From NCBI GenBank assembly GCA_964200185.2, contig CAXNAD020000063.1, forward strand, positions 1 to 33,451: DNA of 33,451 bases. Reading direction: 5' to 3'. Every line of letters begins with the position of its first letter. Positions within the stretch are counted from its first letter, which is position 1. The notes under the pieces were generated by a model. The model did no database searches and was not told where the DNA came from. It saw nothing but the letters and a program-made list of their open reading frames with translations. Shown here one piece after another: positions 24,201-33,301 of the stretch. This stretch comes from Choristocarpus tenellus KU-1152 (lineage: Eukaryota; Protista; Phaeophyceae). Made by a program: the position numbers and the translations under genes.

Positions 24201-27200
24201 AAAGCCAGTCCCACCTATGCTCTCATCACCTAACCCATTATCCCCACCGACCCTCACCCCCTACACTGCACTATGTACTATTCTCCATCGCATCATTAAC
24301 TGGTCTGTATCTAGGTCAACAACGGGTACCCTTCAAAAGCAGACAAGATTCGAATTTTGTTCCTTAATCATTTCGGCCAGGGTCTTGTCCATAGGGCTGA
24401 ATCCTTTGCAAACTCATTGGTCACTGCCAATTCCAAAGGGGAAGGCCATCAAGCTATTCCCCTGAAGCCCAACCGGGTTAAGGGTGTCACAAGAAGACGG
24501 AACAAGAAGAAAGGAGTAGAAAAAGGTGGCATAGGGAGTGAAGATCAGAGAAGCTTGAGGTTGGCTACAGTGGAAGTTACACCTCATCAATTGAGGAGGT
24601 TCTTTTCACAGAGTCAAACCCCTGCCACAGCTAAGGTTAGTGGCATCAACCCTGGAACATTTTGTGTATGTTTGTACCTGTGAAATTTGAGGAACTCTGA
24701 TTGAAAGTAGGTTGAAGCTCATGATGAACACAATGTCGTCGACCTTCGGCAGGATTTCAACTTCCTCATTTAATTACTTGGTCTAGAAATATACTTCAAC
24801 ATTTGCAAAAACATGTTAAGCACAACTCAGAGCTTTTAGAGACTACGATACAAATTTATTGTCTCTTCAAAAGTGATGCACACTTACTGCTTATCTTGGG
24901 ATTATTTTTGTCCACCTACACAAGGCGTTGTATACACAAACGTAGTATGTTGGGGCGGCCTGGACTATATCTTGCTGAGTCAAGACTTGTGCAACAGCTC
25001 TAACTCAATGTGATTTCTTGTGAGGTTATTGGGACAAGATATTCCCATTTCGATTCTTGCAGTTTTTTGGGTACAACTTAGCATAGCCTGGAACAACCTG
25101 TTGCTACTTCTACCCTTGCAACATTTTGCAATCAAAGTTCGACTTAGTTGGGGTTGTATGGGCAATATTTTGCGGCTTGCACAATTTTCAATAATCTCTC
25201 TCCAAATACAATCATTTCAAGTCATCTGGACAGTGTCTTGCCACTTCATTATTTGCAACAGTTTTTTCTTGAACTTTGGGTGTTTGGGGATTTGGGGACA
25301 TTTCACTTGTTGAAATTTAAGGTGAACAATTATGTTCAACCTATATCAGATTGGTTCTAAATTGTCGGTATCTTGACACCGCCACCAGCAAACTACTTTA
25401 ACCTCAATTTGGTCCCAATTTGGGACTATCCCAGCAATCTCCGCCAAGTTTTTCATCTGCATCAGGTCGTGCCAGCATGGTATGGTTTAAAGCTATGTAG
25501 ATTGCGCATTATGTCAGCATTTGCAGCAACTGCTTTCAACTCGAATTCATGTGGGAGCTACAGGTACTACATTATACAGGTTCAGTCGTTTACATATTTT
25601 CACTTAACGAGGATCATTTTATGACTGTGCAGACAGCATTTCTGCAATTGAACGTTTGAAGCTGAGTGAAAGTATCTTATTAAGAGAGGGTACGAGTTTT
25701 TCCCTGTTTGTCCATTTGGGGCTTGGCTTCCCATATTTTTATTAATGATATTTTCCTACTCCAAAATGTTTCGGAGTAGGTATAATGTATACGTTATGAA
25801 AAGGTGTGTCCAGACAAGGATATTGACACTTCCTAGCAAACATGATCGCGAAAATTACATCAAAATTGCAACATTGGATTTTTGCCCCCAAATTGACGTG
25901 GCTCTACCCTAACCCTAAGATACTTTGGCTCGCTGTTTCAGTTAAATTAATTTGAAATGTTTTGAGGTTGTGGTGGTAAGGCTTGGCCTCATCAACATCT
26001 TCAATAGGATTTTCTTCAACTTGCACCTGTTCAGGACCAAAATGGATTTGATAACTTTTACTTTAAATTTTTCCTCTATGTATAGTTCAACTTGGATTTG
26101 TTTTGGATAGTGAAGCACTATATTTTTGATGAAAAAAACGGAATCGCTTCTTGAGCGTGGACTATTCCATCCTTGGGATTTTGGGGACAACATGCTTCGT
26201 GCAAGGCTTTCAGTTCATCATTACCTAGGTTGGACTATGTAGGCCATGCATTGTCATTTAGACGTTTTCAACGATTGCTGTTCAACTTGGAGCTTTTGTG
26301 AGAATATGAGAACAACACCTTGTCCTATCTAATCTTGAAGTATGGACTCATCTTGTATTTTTAGGGGGACCCTATAAATAAAAAATTTGCTGCTCCAATC
26401 TTTGCGACTTTGTCACTTTGAGAACATGCATCGACTTGTTTTGTAGTCCATGCTGGTCCCTGCCTTGATCTTGACCCGTGACACTCCATATGATCCTGAC
26501 ATCTCCAGCAAATGTCCCATTGACCTTGACCCTCGAAATGACTCCAGTGGCCTGATGCTGGCTTCATCGAACCTCATAGCGTGTATCAGTATCTTCACTC
26601 TGCAATTGCAGTTAATTGGTAGACTCGCCTCTTGTCAAAGTGTTTATTGTGACAAAGAAGGTGATGTATGATAGGCCTCTAAACTAGTGTCATTCCTTAA
26701 ACTATAGGAGCATTGCCTACCAATTGTGATATTGACCTTGGTGTTAGCACTATAGCACCACGAATTAAAATCAGATCATTTACTTTGAAGTATCAGCACA
26801 AGGTTTGGGCCAAGGCTTGAAGAGTCTCCCATCCCAATGTTTTATCTATTTCCTGCATGATATGGTAGAGGTTCATATTGGCGAAGACAAACCAATACAA
26901 TGGCACGAGTACTGAACTTTCAGATACCAAACATCATGTACATCCTACTCGGAGTAGTATATGTGACTCGGTCCAAGCTGCATTGTGGTATGGGAATGAA
27001 AATGGGAGTGCAAGGTCACATTGATGGCAGCAGCACCACAGGCCTATTATCCAGCATAGGGAAGCACAGTTACAACGTTTTGAGGTCCAGCAACCTTGTG
27101 ATATTGGCCATTCATGTTAGTTTTAGAAACCTTGTATTAGAGAGCATCAATATTTCCGCCTTCTGCACCCTATCTCTTTCTTAGAACAGTTGCCCCGTCT

Positions 27201-30200
27201 GCTTGTCGTTCCTTGTGAGCAAGCATCTCAAGCAACCGTCTTAGCTCATCAGCATACCTACCCACCCCCATGTTTCCCATACATCAGGATCGCCTTCCAA
27301 TACTCATGCACCCTCAACCTGATGAGGTGCTGAAGGCCTTGGAAGAGGACAATCAACGCCTCACAGCCTCATTGCAACTACTCTCTTTTGGGGCAGATAG
27401 GGCTGCACAAATATACCACATGCCTCACAAAGAGAGGGAAAGTGTGGGTGTGGGAAGAAGTCCAGTGAAACAGATAATCACTGATCTTGCGCAGCTTGTG
27501 GAGGCAGTGATGGAGCAGGAGCAGCTGCACAGGGCAAGGAGAGCAGCAAGAGGGAACAGACCAGAGGTTGTGCCAATGCAGTGGTATGAGATAGACTGGT
27601 GTCAGTACAAGTGGGTATGGCATGGTGGTGTGTTGATAGTCTGGTCATTCCTACATGATCATGAGTCAACTGCTACTCTGCTGTGCCCATCTCATGGGAC
27701 CCCTCAACACCATTGGGTTGATCGAAAACGATATTGAAAGGGGGGACTCATCGCCCAAGGAAGAACGCTCTTGTTGATATTTAGCATGTCAGATTGAGAC
27801 TTCAAGGGCTGGTGGGGCAATATCTAAAATAGAGGTTTACTTTCCTTAACCTTTGCACACGACTTCTGTTCAGCAAAGGATCGAATTATTACTCCAGGGA
27901 ATTATTCCTATAAGTCTTCATTGCACACATCGCAGGAGTTGGAATAAAGGTCAAGAGGAAACTCTCACCTCAGAAAATTTCCAAGTATCCAGCAACGGAC
28001 ATACACCTGCAGTGACTCTTCTCGTCCTATATAATCTTATCACACACAGTACAGGAAATGAAATGAAACATAGTATGAACCTTTCACTTCCAGGGCATGT
28101 TGCTCCTGTCAACCCCCATTCACAAACTTAGTCCTAGCCAAGACTCAACCTCTCGATGCATCTATTTTAATCATGACCCACTGACTGGAGCTGTCACTTC
28201 GTCCTGTACAACACTATGGTGTTGTCTAGGTGGGAGAAATCCACTGGAGATGTAGGCTAGCCTTGGCAACAGAACTGTACGACTGCCTTCACTATCTGAG
28301 GAGACTGGGGGCTGCAGCAAGAGTGATTCAACGCGCATTCCGCTCCCACCATGGAAGGGGCGTTGCAGCATTAGCTCGGCATGAGGCAAGAAATTCGAGC
28401 AATCAAAGAGTTGTCAACTTGTCAAGAGAATCAATAGTATATGCATGCCTTGCACACCTTCCACAGAAACTCAACAGTTTCATGCGATGCCGGGCTTGAC
28501 CTTCTGTTTCTTGCTGATTTTCTGCAGCGGATTCTCTTCTGCATTGTGCTTTCTACAATGAAGTTTGTGCCTTGTCTTTATCATGAGATTTCTTTAAAGT
28601 ATGTCTCTGGCACCAGTAACTGCTACAACCACTGGAAAAGGTAATCATTTTTTTTTATTTTGGAACACTGTCATTACTTCCCTCCGTCCTTCAGCATTCA
28701 CAACCTCATACTCCTTCCCTCCATTTTGACCATTGCACCGAACTTGCCTTCCCTAGTCCCCTTCATCCCCATGTCGACTTGAAGCCCCAACCCAGCCCTG
28801 ACCCCCAAACACCTTGTTCCAAGAATCAAAATATAAACAAGTGGATTCATTCTCCCGGAGTCACTACCCTTCCTATGGAGTGGAATAGTTATCACAACCC
28901 TATCTGTATACCCAACCGCAATAGCCTAACCCTGGCACCCTCCCTTCCTCCAACATTTCTGATTGGATAACAGATAGCACTCAAGAAGCACTATGACCAA
29001 TACATATGGGAGAGGACACATAACCATGTCAAGACACGCTGGAGCATTGACATCAAAATAGAGAACGAACAAAGGGAGAAACAATACAAGGAGTGGCTGT
29101 CGCAGGAGGTGAGATACCTTGAAAAATCCTGAAGCCTATGACCCTTGTTTCGTCCTCAACTAGAGCTTCTCTTCTTCCCAGAGATCCCTCTACCCTCACA
29201 CAGGCTTAAACTGTCCACCTGTATTCAATATCTCAACCTCTTGGTTGCTAACACCTCGTCTCCTTGACCTAACACCCCATTTTCTCCTATCCACCCTCTG
29301 TTCATATGCTTTTGGCAGAGTTTCGAGCAATTGTATCTTAGAGGGTGCGAGTTTTGCCCTGTTTGTCTGTTTGGGGCTTCACTTCCCATGTTAGAAAAAA
29401 ACATTTTATCCATTCCAAAACGTTTCGGAGTAGGTAAAATGTGTATTATGAATAGGTGTGTTCAGAACAAGGATACTGACACTTCCTATCAAACACGATA
29501 TCCAAAATTATATCAAAATCGCAACATTGGATTTTGGCCCCCAAACGGACGCAGCTTTACCCTCGAAGATAATTTGACTCTTTCCTCAAGTCTCTGTATA
29601 ACTATTCTACATATTACAGAGTCTTCCAATCCCATCTGTGCTGTCAACGCTTCCTCCACCATGCCATCTCTATCTTGTTGCCTCTATGCATATCTCTTGA
29701 CAGCACTCTATGTCTACCCCTCGCTCCGATATCCTCGCCTTTACAGTCTGGTTACTTCTCTGCTCTATTTACTGTTCTACGCATGTTCCCAGCTATCCAC
29801 TTGGATAAGACCTAGGTTCACATTCCTATCTCCAATCCCCTCTTCATCACAATGTCAAGGTAGCTACTTCAAAGTATCTAGTAGGATTGTACAAAGTACT
29901 CGAGAGTAGTAGTACTGTAATAGTTATTCATTCTTTAATGTGTACCAGTAGCTGACTATGACTCAATGAGAGTCCTTCAAGTGACAATGCTCCCCGCTAT
30001 TTCTCAATCTACGGTTTCTCTTCACCTTGTGACTCTTCCTCTACACCTCTACAATGCGCCCTGCCAGAACAAGAGGAAAGTGGAGGAAGAGCTTTACCAC
30101 TGGGGCGTAATGAGGTTTGGATGGCGAGAGGAGACTTTGGACACCAATTCAGATATCCAGGTGGAATATTGAAGAATCACAGCCAAGACATTTCAGATAC

Positions 30201-33200
30201 CTCAGCACCCCACTATAAAATCAAATCTTCAAGTACATGAATTGAGAATCCGTTCTTCTAGTTGAGGTTTTGTTGTCCCCATTGTTCCTCAACAATGGAG
30301 TACCAGGTGTATAGGCAGTACAAGAATATCAAAGTGAAGAGGGGTGGGACCGAGGTGGTTCAAAAGGGACCAATCTTCAGCGAGGTCCTGACAGGTTCGT
30401 TGGCCAAGACACCAGTGGATTCTGTGATAGAACTGAGAGATGTTATCATTGCTCTTTGAGACAAAGTGAATGAGAGGTACCCAAGTTTTCAACGTTTTGC
30501 ACTTTAAGCCATTGTTTTTCCATCTTTTGCACTTCACCCTTATTTCTATGGGTAGAGTGCTAAGGTCGACTTGAGAGCATTGATTTCTCTGTTGTTTGGG
30601 ATTATTGTACAGAATTCTGAAAAGTCCCTTTATACATTCGTACAAAAAAACAAATTTTGCACTTTTTTAGGCATCCTTAAATTGCAACCGTTGGTACATC
30701 TCGTTTACGTCGACTCTCTGGTCCAGATGAAAGTATGGAGTACCCCTTGTACCAGTATGAGGAGGAGATGTCGGCTAGGGTCCTTGGTCGTGCTTGGAAG
30801 GCTTTTACTGCGAGAAAGGCTCTGTATTTCGCAAGGAGGAACAGATCCAGGCAAGTGCTTGCATGTGCAGAGCATGTTCTAGGGTGCTCACTGAGGTGGG
30901 GCAGATCTGTGTTGTCATGTCTCTGGTAAAGGTAAGGTTTCTCCCCTTGCACACCTTTCTTGAGGAAGATATATGACTGAATATCACTCTTACTTAGAGC
31001 CCAAAAAAAATGTTACATTTTTTTTGTCTCAATAGATTCCATTTTGGAGCTTCTTTCGAAAGCTACACCCCAAACAAGTTTATACCAAACCCGGCAAAAA
31101 CATGTTAGAGTAGCACTTCGTGTGAGGTTAGAGTGCTCTCAGGGGCTATTTCATACTGAACAAACTTCCACTGAAGTCTAACCATGGGGCAGACCTGTTT
31201 GATATGTAAGATCAGATCCATACCACCGACCTTCCTTCACAACCAGTCTGAACCAACGTTGTTGGCACTCTCCCATCGACATCTAACAAAATAGCCCACA
31301 TTCAATGGAACAACAGGGAAATAAAAGAGAAACAAGAACGTCTTGAGTGGGAGCAGGCAGAACAGCGTGCAGATCAGCGTGTCACAGTGAGTGAAGTGTG
31401 ATTTGGAGTGGATAGTATTCCAACCGGGATGATCTTGGACTGGATGAGTGGGTACCTTGCTCATTGCTTGCCCGTGTACCATCTGAAAATGCTCCATTCA
31501 GTGCAACTGTCATACTTCAGACCTTTGCCTTATGCGAATGGTAATACATTTGAAAGTGAAAAGAGTACCTCCCAATTATTTGTCACTCTGCATGTCAACA
31601 CTACACAACAATCCCTTAGGCGCTCACCCCCTTGTTCATTAGGATGAAGTATGATTGTATGCCTTTCCAGCGCGTTAGTCTGAGAAATGAGACTCAACAT
31701 ATGTGTACGCACTAGCAAAATATCTCACGATTGGCATCTTCCTTGCTCACTTGAGCTCTCTTTGTCTCCTAAATCTGCAATGAACCCAAGGTAAGACTCC
31801 CGCTTCAGTACGAGACACCAGCAAAGACATTTGAGAAGTCTTTTAGGGGCATTAGACATGCCAAGTACGGGAGCATTGACGGAAAGGAGGAGCGAGGTGA
31901 GAAATCATCTAGATAAATTTACTTTTGAGGGTCAAAGTATCTGGGGGGGGCGGGGGTTGATCGTCCATTTAGGGTCAACGTGAGATGTAACTTGTCAGGA
32001 TACGCTTTAAACAGTACCTGTTTCATCTTAGCCGGCTTCTGACAGAATTCAGTGTGCCAGGTCAAAGAATAAACATAGGAGGATCCTCTTACCATATATA
32101 TCAAGTGGGTTTTCCTGCACATATTTGGCTTTGTGCTTGAAAGTGTCAATGACAAATTGTGACCACGGTGGAAATGAACTTGGGACTTGAACAACACCTT
32201 CAGTTCAAATTCATGTTCACATCTTTGGGGTGTACGAGGACTGGTTTAAAATGTCCATCTTATCCCTGATGTGCAGTACCAATATCCAGAGGAGACAAGT
32301 TCAAGGTGCAGGTACTCCACGTGCTTGTACCTGCAGGACAGTGGGTACTTGAGTAGAGATATCTTGGATTAGTTAAAATGAACAAATGAGAAATATTTTT
32401 GCCATAATTGCTGGGGAGAGCGAGGTCTTTTTGTTGATACGTCATTCACGTTAAATAATGTGTCGTCGAAGTTTTGTCGAAGAGTCACTGGTGGCTATTC
32501 TTCCCCCCATTAGGTTGACCTCTTATGTGCTTCCGTCTATGCCATTCAGGCAATGCCCTAGGTCTCAGCAGAAATGCAGGTAGAAGAAGTTATGTTCAAA
32601 TTGGAAGCTGTAAACACCTAATTTCACAAATATCAATGGCATGCTCCAAGGATGGGAATTGACTGAAAAACGAACCATACCGTTCTTCTCTCCAACCTAA
32701 AGCAGTGAAATAGATATTAGTATTTTCTTTGCGAGTCACCTTTCAGGTATAAAATATTTGGATTGAATTTTTTTCACTTCCCCAGATCACAGTCCTCCTA
32801 CCTTTCAGGTACAAAGAAGTCTTTGGATTGGCTTTTTTTTCACTTCCCCAGATCACAATCCTCCTACCTTTCAGGCAGAAGAAGTATTTGGATTGGCTTT
32901 TTTTCCTTCCTTAGATCACAATCCTCCTCAACATCAGGCTATGGTGTCCCTGGTTACCTGATGATTTACTGATGGAAAAGTTCCTTATTCAAAGAGCTTT
33001 TCTCTCTCTCTCCCTACATATATATATATATATACCTGCCTCTTTCACAGTCACTTTTTTCTATGCTCCTGGTCTATCAGCTTTGTCTTATGCTACATTT
33101 CCTCTACTTACACCTGGCCCACCATTTGTCTTCAATTACCTCAATGTGGGAACCGGTGTATTTTGCTACTTGACCTGTTTATCTATTGAAAGGACCCCAA

Positions 33201-33301
33201 ATATGCTGTTAAAACACGCAGGCAAGAGGAGACACAATGTTCTTCAAGATGACCTCAGGGTGGTCCTCTCCATGGCATTGCACGAATTGGCGCCTAAGAG
33301 A
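3086..33301 (+). CDS. Giant multi-exon IQ-motif (calmodulin-binding) repeat protein with a SAM-like domain; ~33 exons, about 2,500 aa in the window, probably 3'-partial
   Basis: The exons listed below splice into one open frame with matching phases (7572 nt by manual summation). IQ motifs include IQRFVRGHQAR, IQNTWRCYVAR, LQALWRGRIA, IQAVFIGHQTR, LQKIVRGFVHR, LQAWGRGCIAR and IQRAFRSHHGR. The extreme 5' and 3' exons are less certain. Confidence 0.85.
3263..3537 (+). CDS. IQ gene exon 2 (...CLARNVHRVIPIIKDG...DRVRT)
   Basis: Lies in ORF 3235-3585; donor ACG|GTGAGG in phase 0 matches the next acceptor. The 5' boundary is uncertain. Confidence 0.6.
3798..4805 (+). CDS. IQ gene exon 3
   Basis: CCCTGCAG acceptor, 336 open codons, donor AAG|GTGGAT. 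Confidence 0.75.
5155..5331 (+). CDS. IQ gene exon 4
   Basis: Strong pyrimidine tract plus TAAG. The best in-phase donor is the GC site CAG|GCAAGG; weaker in-phase GT alternatives follow 5370, 5376 and 5385. Confidence 0.6.
5949..6205 (+). CDS. IQ gene exon 5
   Basis: CCCTTCAG acceptor (phase 0), donor AG|GTCTGT (phase 2). Confidence 0.7.
6713..7153 (+). CDS. IQ gene exon 6
   Basis: Phase 2/2, donor AAG|GTGAGG. Confidence 0.7.
8217..8731 (+). mobile_element. MITE family A, outer copy interrupted by a second copy
   Basis: GAGTCAAAGCATCTTAGAGGGTA...TACCCTCCAAGATATTTTCACTC, flanked by TGT/TGT. Confidence 0.9.
8349..8604 (+). mobile_element. MITE family A, inner (nested) copy, 256 bp
   Basis: AAGCCAAAGTATCTTAGAGGGTA...TACCCTCTAAGATACTTTCACTC, flanked by TAAT/TAAC. 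Confidence 0.9.
9205..9754 (+). CDS. IQ gene exon 7 (Arg/Ser-rich)
   Basis: CCCTATCCAG acceptor in phase 2, donor AAG|GTAGGG in phase 0. Confidence 0.7.
9873..10895 (+). CDS. IQ gene exon 8
   Basis: CCCCACAG acceptor, 341 open codons, donor CAG|GTTATA. Confidence 0.85.
11853..11998 (+). CDS. IQ gene exon 9 (VRMSTNALPL...QALAR)
   Basis: Phase 0 to 2, donor AAG|GTAGAA. Confidence 0.75.
12265..12355. repeat. Short foldback with an internal 15-bp tandem duplication
   Basis: CTCTGAACCTAA...TTAGGTTCAGAG inverted arms; AACAAAACATTTCGT x2 at 12291-12320. Confidence 0.7.
12606..12687 (+). CDS. IQ gene exon 10 (WKIECEVQRF...ALKIK)
   Basis: CACACAG acceptor in phase 2, donor AAG|GTGTGA in phase 0. 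Confidence 0.7.
13187..13314 (+). CDS. IQ gene exon 11 (KICVRR...AALKIETQYRR)
   Basis: GCTAAC branch site plus CTAG acceptor, donor GAG|GTGAGT. An alternative acceptor gives a start at 13201. Confidence 0.8.
14075..14179 (+). CDS. IQ gene exon 12 (WRGYRLF...GLQFR)
   Basis: Phase 2/2; completes the IQ-like motif IETQYRRWRGY. Confidence 0.8.
15055..15238 (+). CDS. IQ gene exon 13 (two IQ motifs)
   Basis: IVIQTCWRVY and AVQTYFRMW; donor CAG|GTAAAT. Confidence 0.85.
16222..16331 (+). CDS. IQ gene exon 14 (two IQ motifs)
   Basis: IVIQKFARM and IIQRFVRGHQAR. The donor is GC at 16332 or GT at 16337; both give the same mRNA. Confidence 0.85.
16806..16985 (+). CDS. IQ gene exon 15 (two IQ motifs)
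   Basis: IQNTWRCYVARR and AAVHLQRAWYR; donor CG|GTAGGT. Confidence 0.85.
17152..17275 (+). CDS. IQ gene exon 16
   Basis: ACGACAG acceptor in phase 2, donor CAG|GTAAGA; ends ...SVRKIQ. Confidence 0.8.
17961..18058 (+). CDS. IQ gene exon 17
   Basis: RVYHCRY...LLQALWRGRIA; donor AAG|GTATTT. Confidence 0.85.
18299..18437 (+). CDS. IQ gene exon 18
   Basis: Phase 2 to 0, donor CAG|GTAACA. Confidence 0.8.
19327..19449 (+). CDS. IQ gene exon 19
   Basis: AALKIQAVFIGHQTRK; 41 codons, donor GTGTGT. Confidence 0.85.
19823..19945 (+). CDS. IQ gene exon 20
   Basis: AAIHLQKIVRGFVHRR; 41 codons, donor CAG|GTGCGA. Confidence 0.85.
20126..20383 (+). mobile_element. MITE family A copy
   Basis: Full-length match with both TIRs; no TSD recognisable. 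Confidence 0.9.
20908..21192 (+). mobile_element. MITE family A copy with a short internal duplication, next to the exon 21 acceptor
   Basis: Both TIRs present; flanks ACC/ACA. Confidence 0.9.
21201..21364 (+). CDS. IQ gene exon 21 (two IQ motifs)
   Basis: LKLQAWGRGCIAR and AVRLQRRWR; donor GAG|GTAAGT. Confidence 0.85.
21941..22120. mobile_element. MITE family B (related TIR), 180 bp
   Basis: GACCCAAAGTATCT...AGGTACTTTGAGTT, subterminal inverted TGTCCATTTGGG/CCCAAATGGACA, TSD ACAT/ACAT. Confidence 0.8.
22561..22812 (+). CDS. IQ gene exon 22 (start of SAM-like domain)
   Basis: Phase 2/2; GIWTLCRRLGCDNDLLHILRSKGLTGVESLR; donor AAG|GTGAGT. Confidence 0.85.
23055..23370 (+). CDS. IQ gene exon 23 (end of SAM-like domain, Gly/Arg-rich stretch)
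   Basis: GLSEEELVGLGI; donor CAG|GTGAGA. Confidence 0.85.
23919..24174 (-). mobile_element. MITE family A, diverged reverse copy
   Basis: Reverse-complement similarity over 256 bp; TSD ATAT/ATAT. Confidence 0.85.
24315..24635 (+). CDS. IQ gene exon 24
   Basis: TCTAG acceptor, 107 codons, donor AAG|GTTAGT. Confidence 0.8.
25664..25931 (-). mobile_element. MITE family A, reverse copy
   Basis: GAGTGAAAGTATCTTA...TAAGATACTTTGGCTC; TSD GCT/GCT. Confidence 0.9.
27288..27566 (+). CDS. IQ gene exon 25
   Basis: CATCAG acceptor, 93 codons, in-phase donor GAG|GTTGTG. Confidence 0.75.
28230..28385 (+). CDS. IQ gene exon 26 (IQ motif)
   Basis: AARVIQRAFRSHHGR; probable GC donor GAG|GCAAGA. The 3' end is uncertain. 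Confidence 0.8.
28974..29108 (+). CDS. IQ gene exon 27
   Basis: 45 codons, donor GAG|GTGAGA. Confidence 0.8.
29325..29580 (-). mobile_element. MITE family A, reverse copy
   Basis: 256 bp, both ends recognisable; TSD TTTC/TTTC. Confidence 0.88.
30068..30160 (+). CDS. IQ gene exon 28
   Basis: CCTGCCAG acceptor, 31 codons, donor CAG|GTGGAA. Confidence 0.75.
30307..30394 (+). CDS. IQ gene exon 29
   Basis: Phase 0 to 1; needed to bridge the phases of exons 28 and 30; donor CAG|GTTCGT. Confidence 0.7.
30727..30850 (+). CDS. IQ gene exon 30 (IQ-like SARVLGRAWKAFTARK)
   Basis: Phase 1 acceptor; probable GC donor CAG|GCAAGT. Confidence 0.75.
31317..31386 (+). CDS. IQ gene exon 31 (EIKEKQERLEWEQAEQRADQRVT)
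   Basis: CAACAG acceptor in phase 2, donor GTGAGT. Confidence 0.75.
31791..31896 (+). CDS. IQ gene exon 32
   Basis: Phase 0 to 1, donor GAG|GTGAGA. Confidence 0.6.
31929..31978 (+). mobile_element. Solo terminal fragment of MITE family B
   Basis: GGGTCAAAGTATCTGGGGGGGGCGGGGGT...GTCCATTTAGGGTCA resembles the left end of 21941-22000; no matching right end was seen. Confidence 0.6.
32738..32928 (+). repeat. Minisatellite, 3 copies of a 62-66 bp unit
   Basis: ACCTTTCAGG...TTTGGATTG..TTTTTTTCACTTCCCCAGATCACA.TCCTCCT starts at 32738, 32800 and 32866. Confidence 0.9.
33222..33301 (+). CDS. IQ gene putative exon 33 (GKRRHNVLQDDLRVVLSMALHELAPKR)
   Basis: CACGCAG acceptor in phase 1. It either splices at GTACAT (33302) to the acceptor-like ...GACAG at 33449 or reads to TAA at 33313. 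Confidence 0.5.

Noticed and set aside
29331-29909. 192-aa plus ORF
   Set aside because: It reads through a reverse MITE copy and low-complexity intron sequence; it is not a transposase and is not needed in the gene model.
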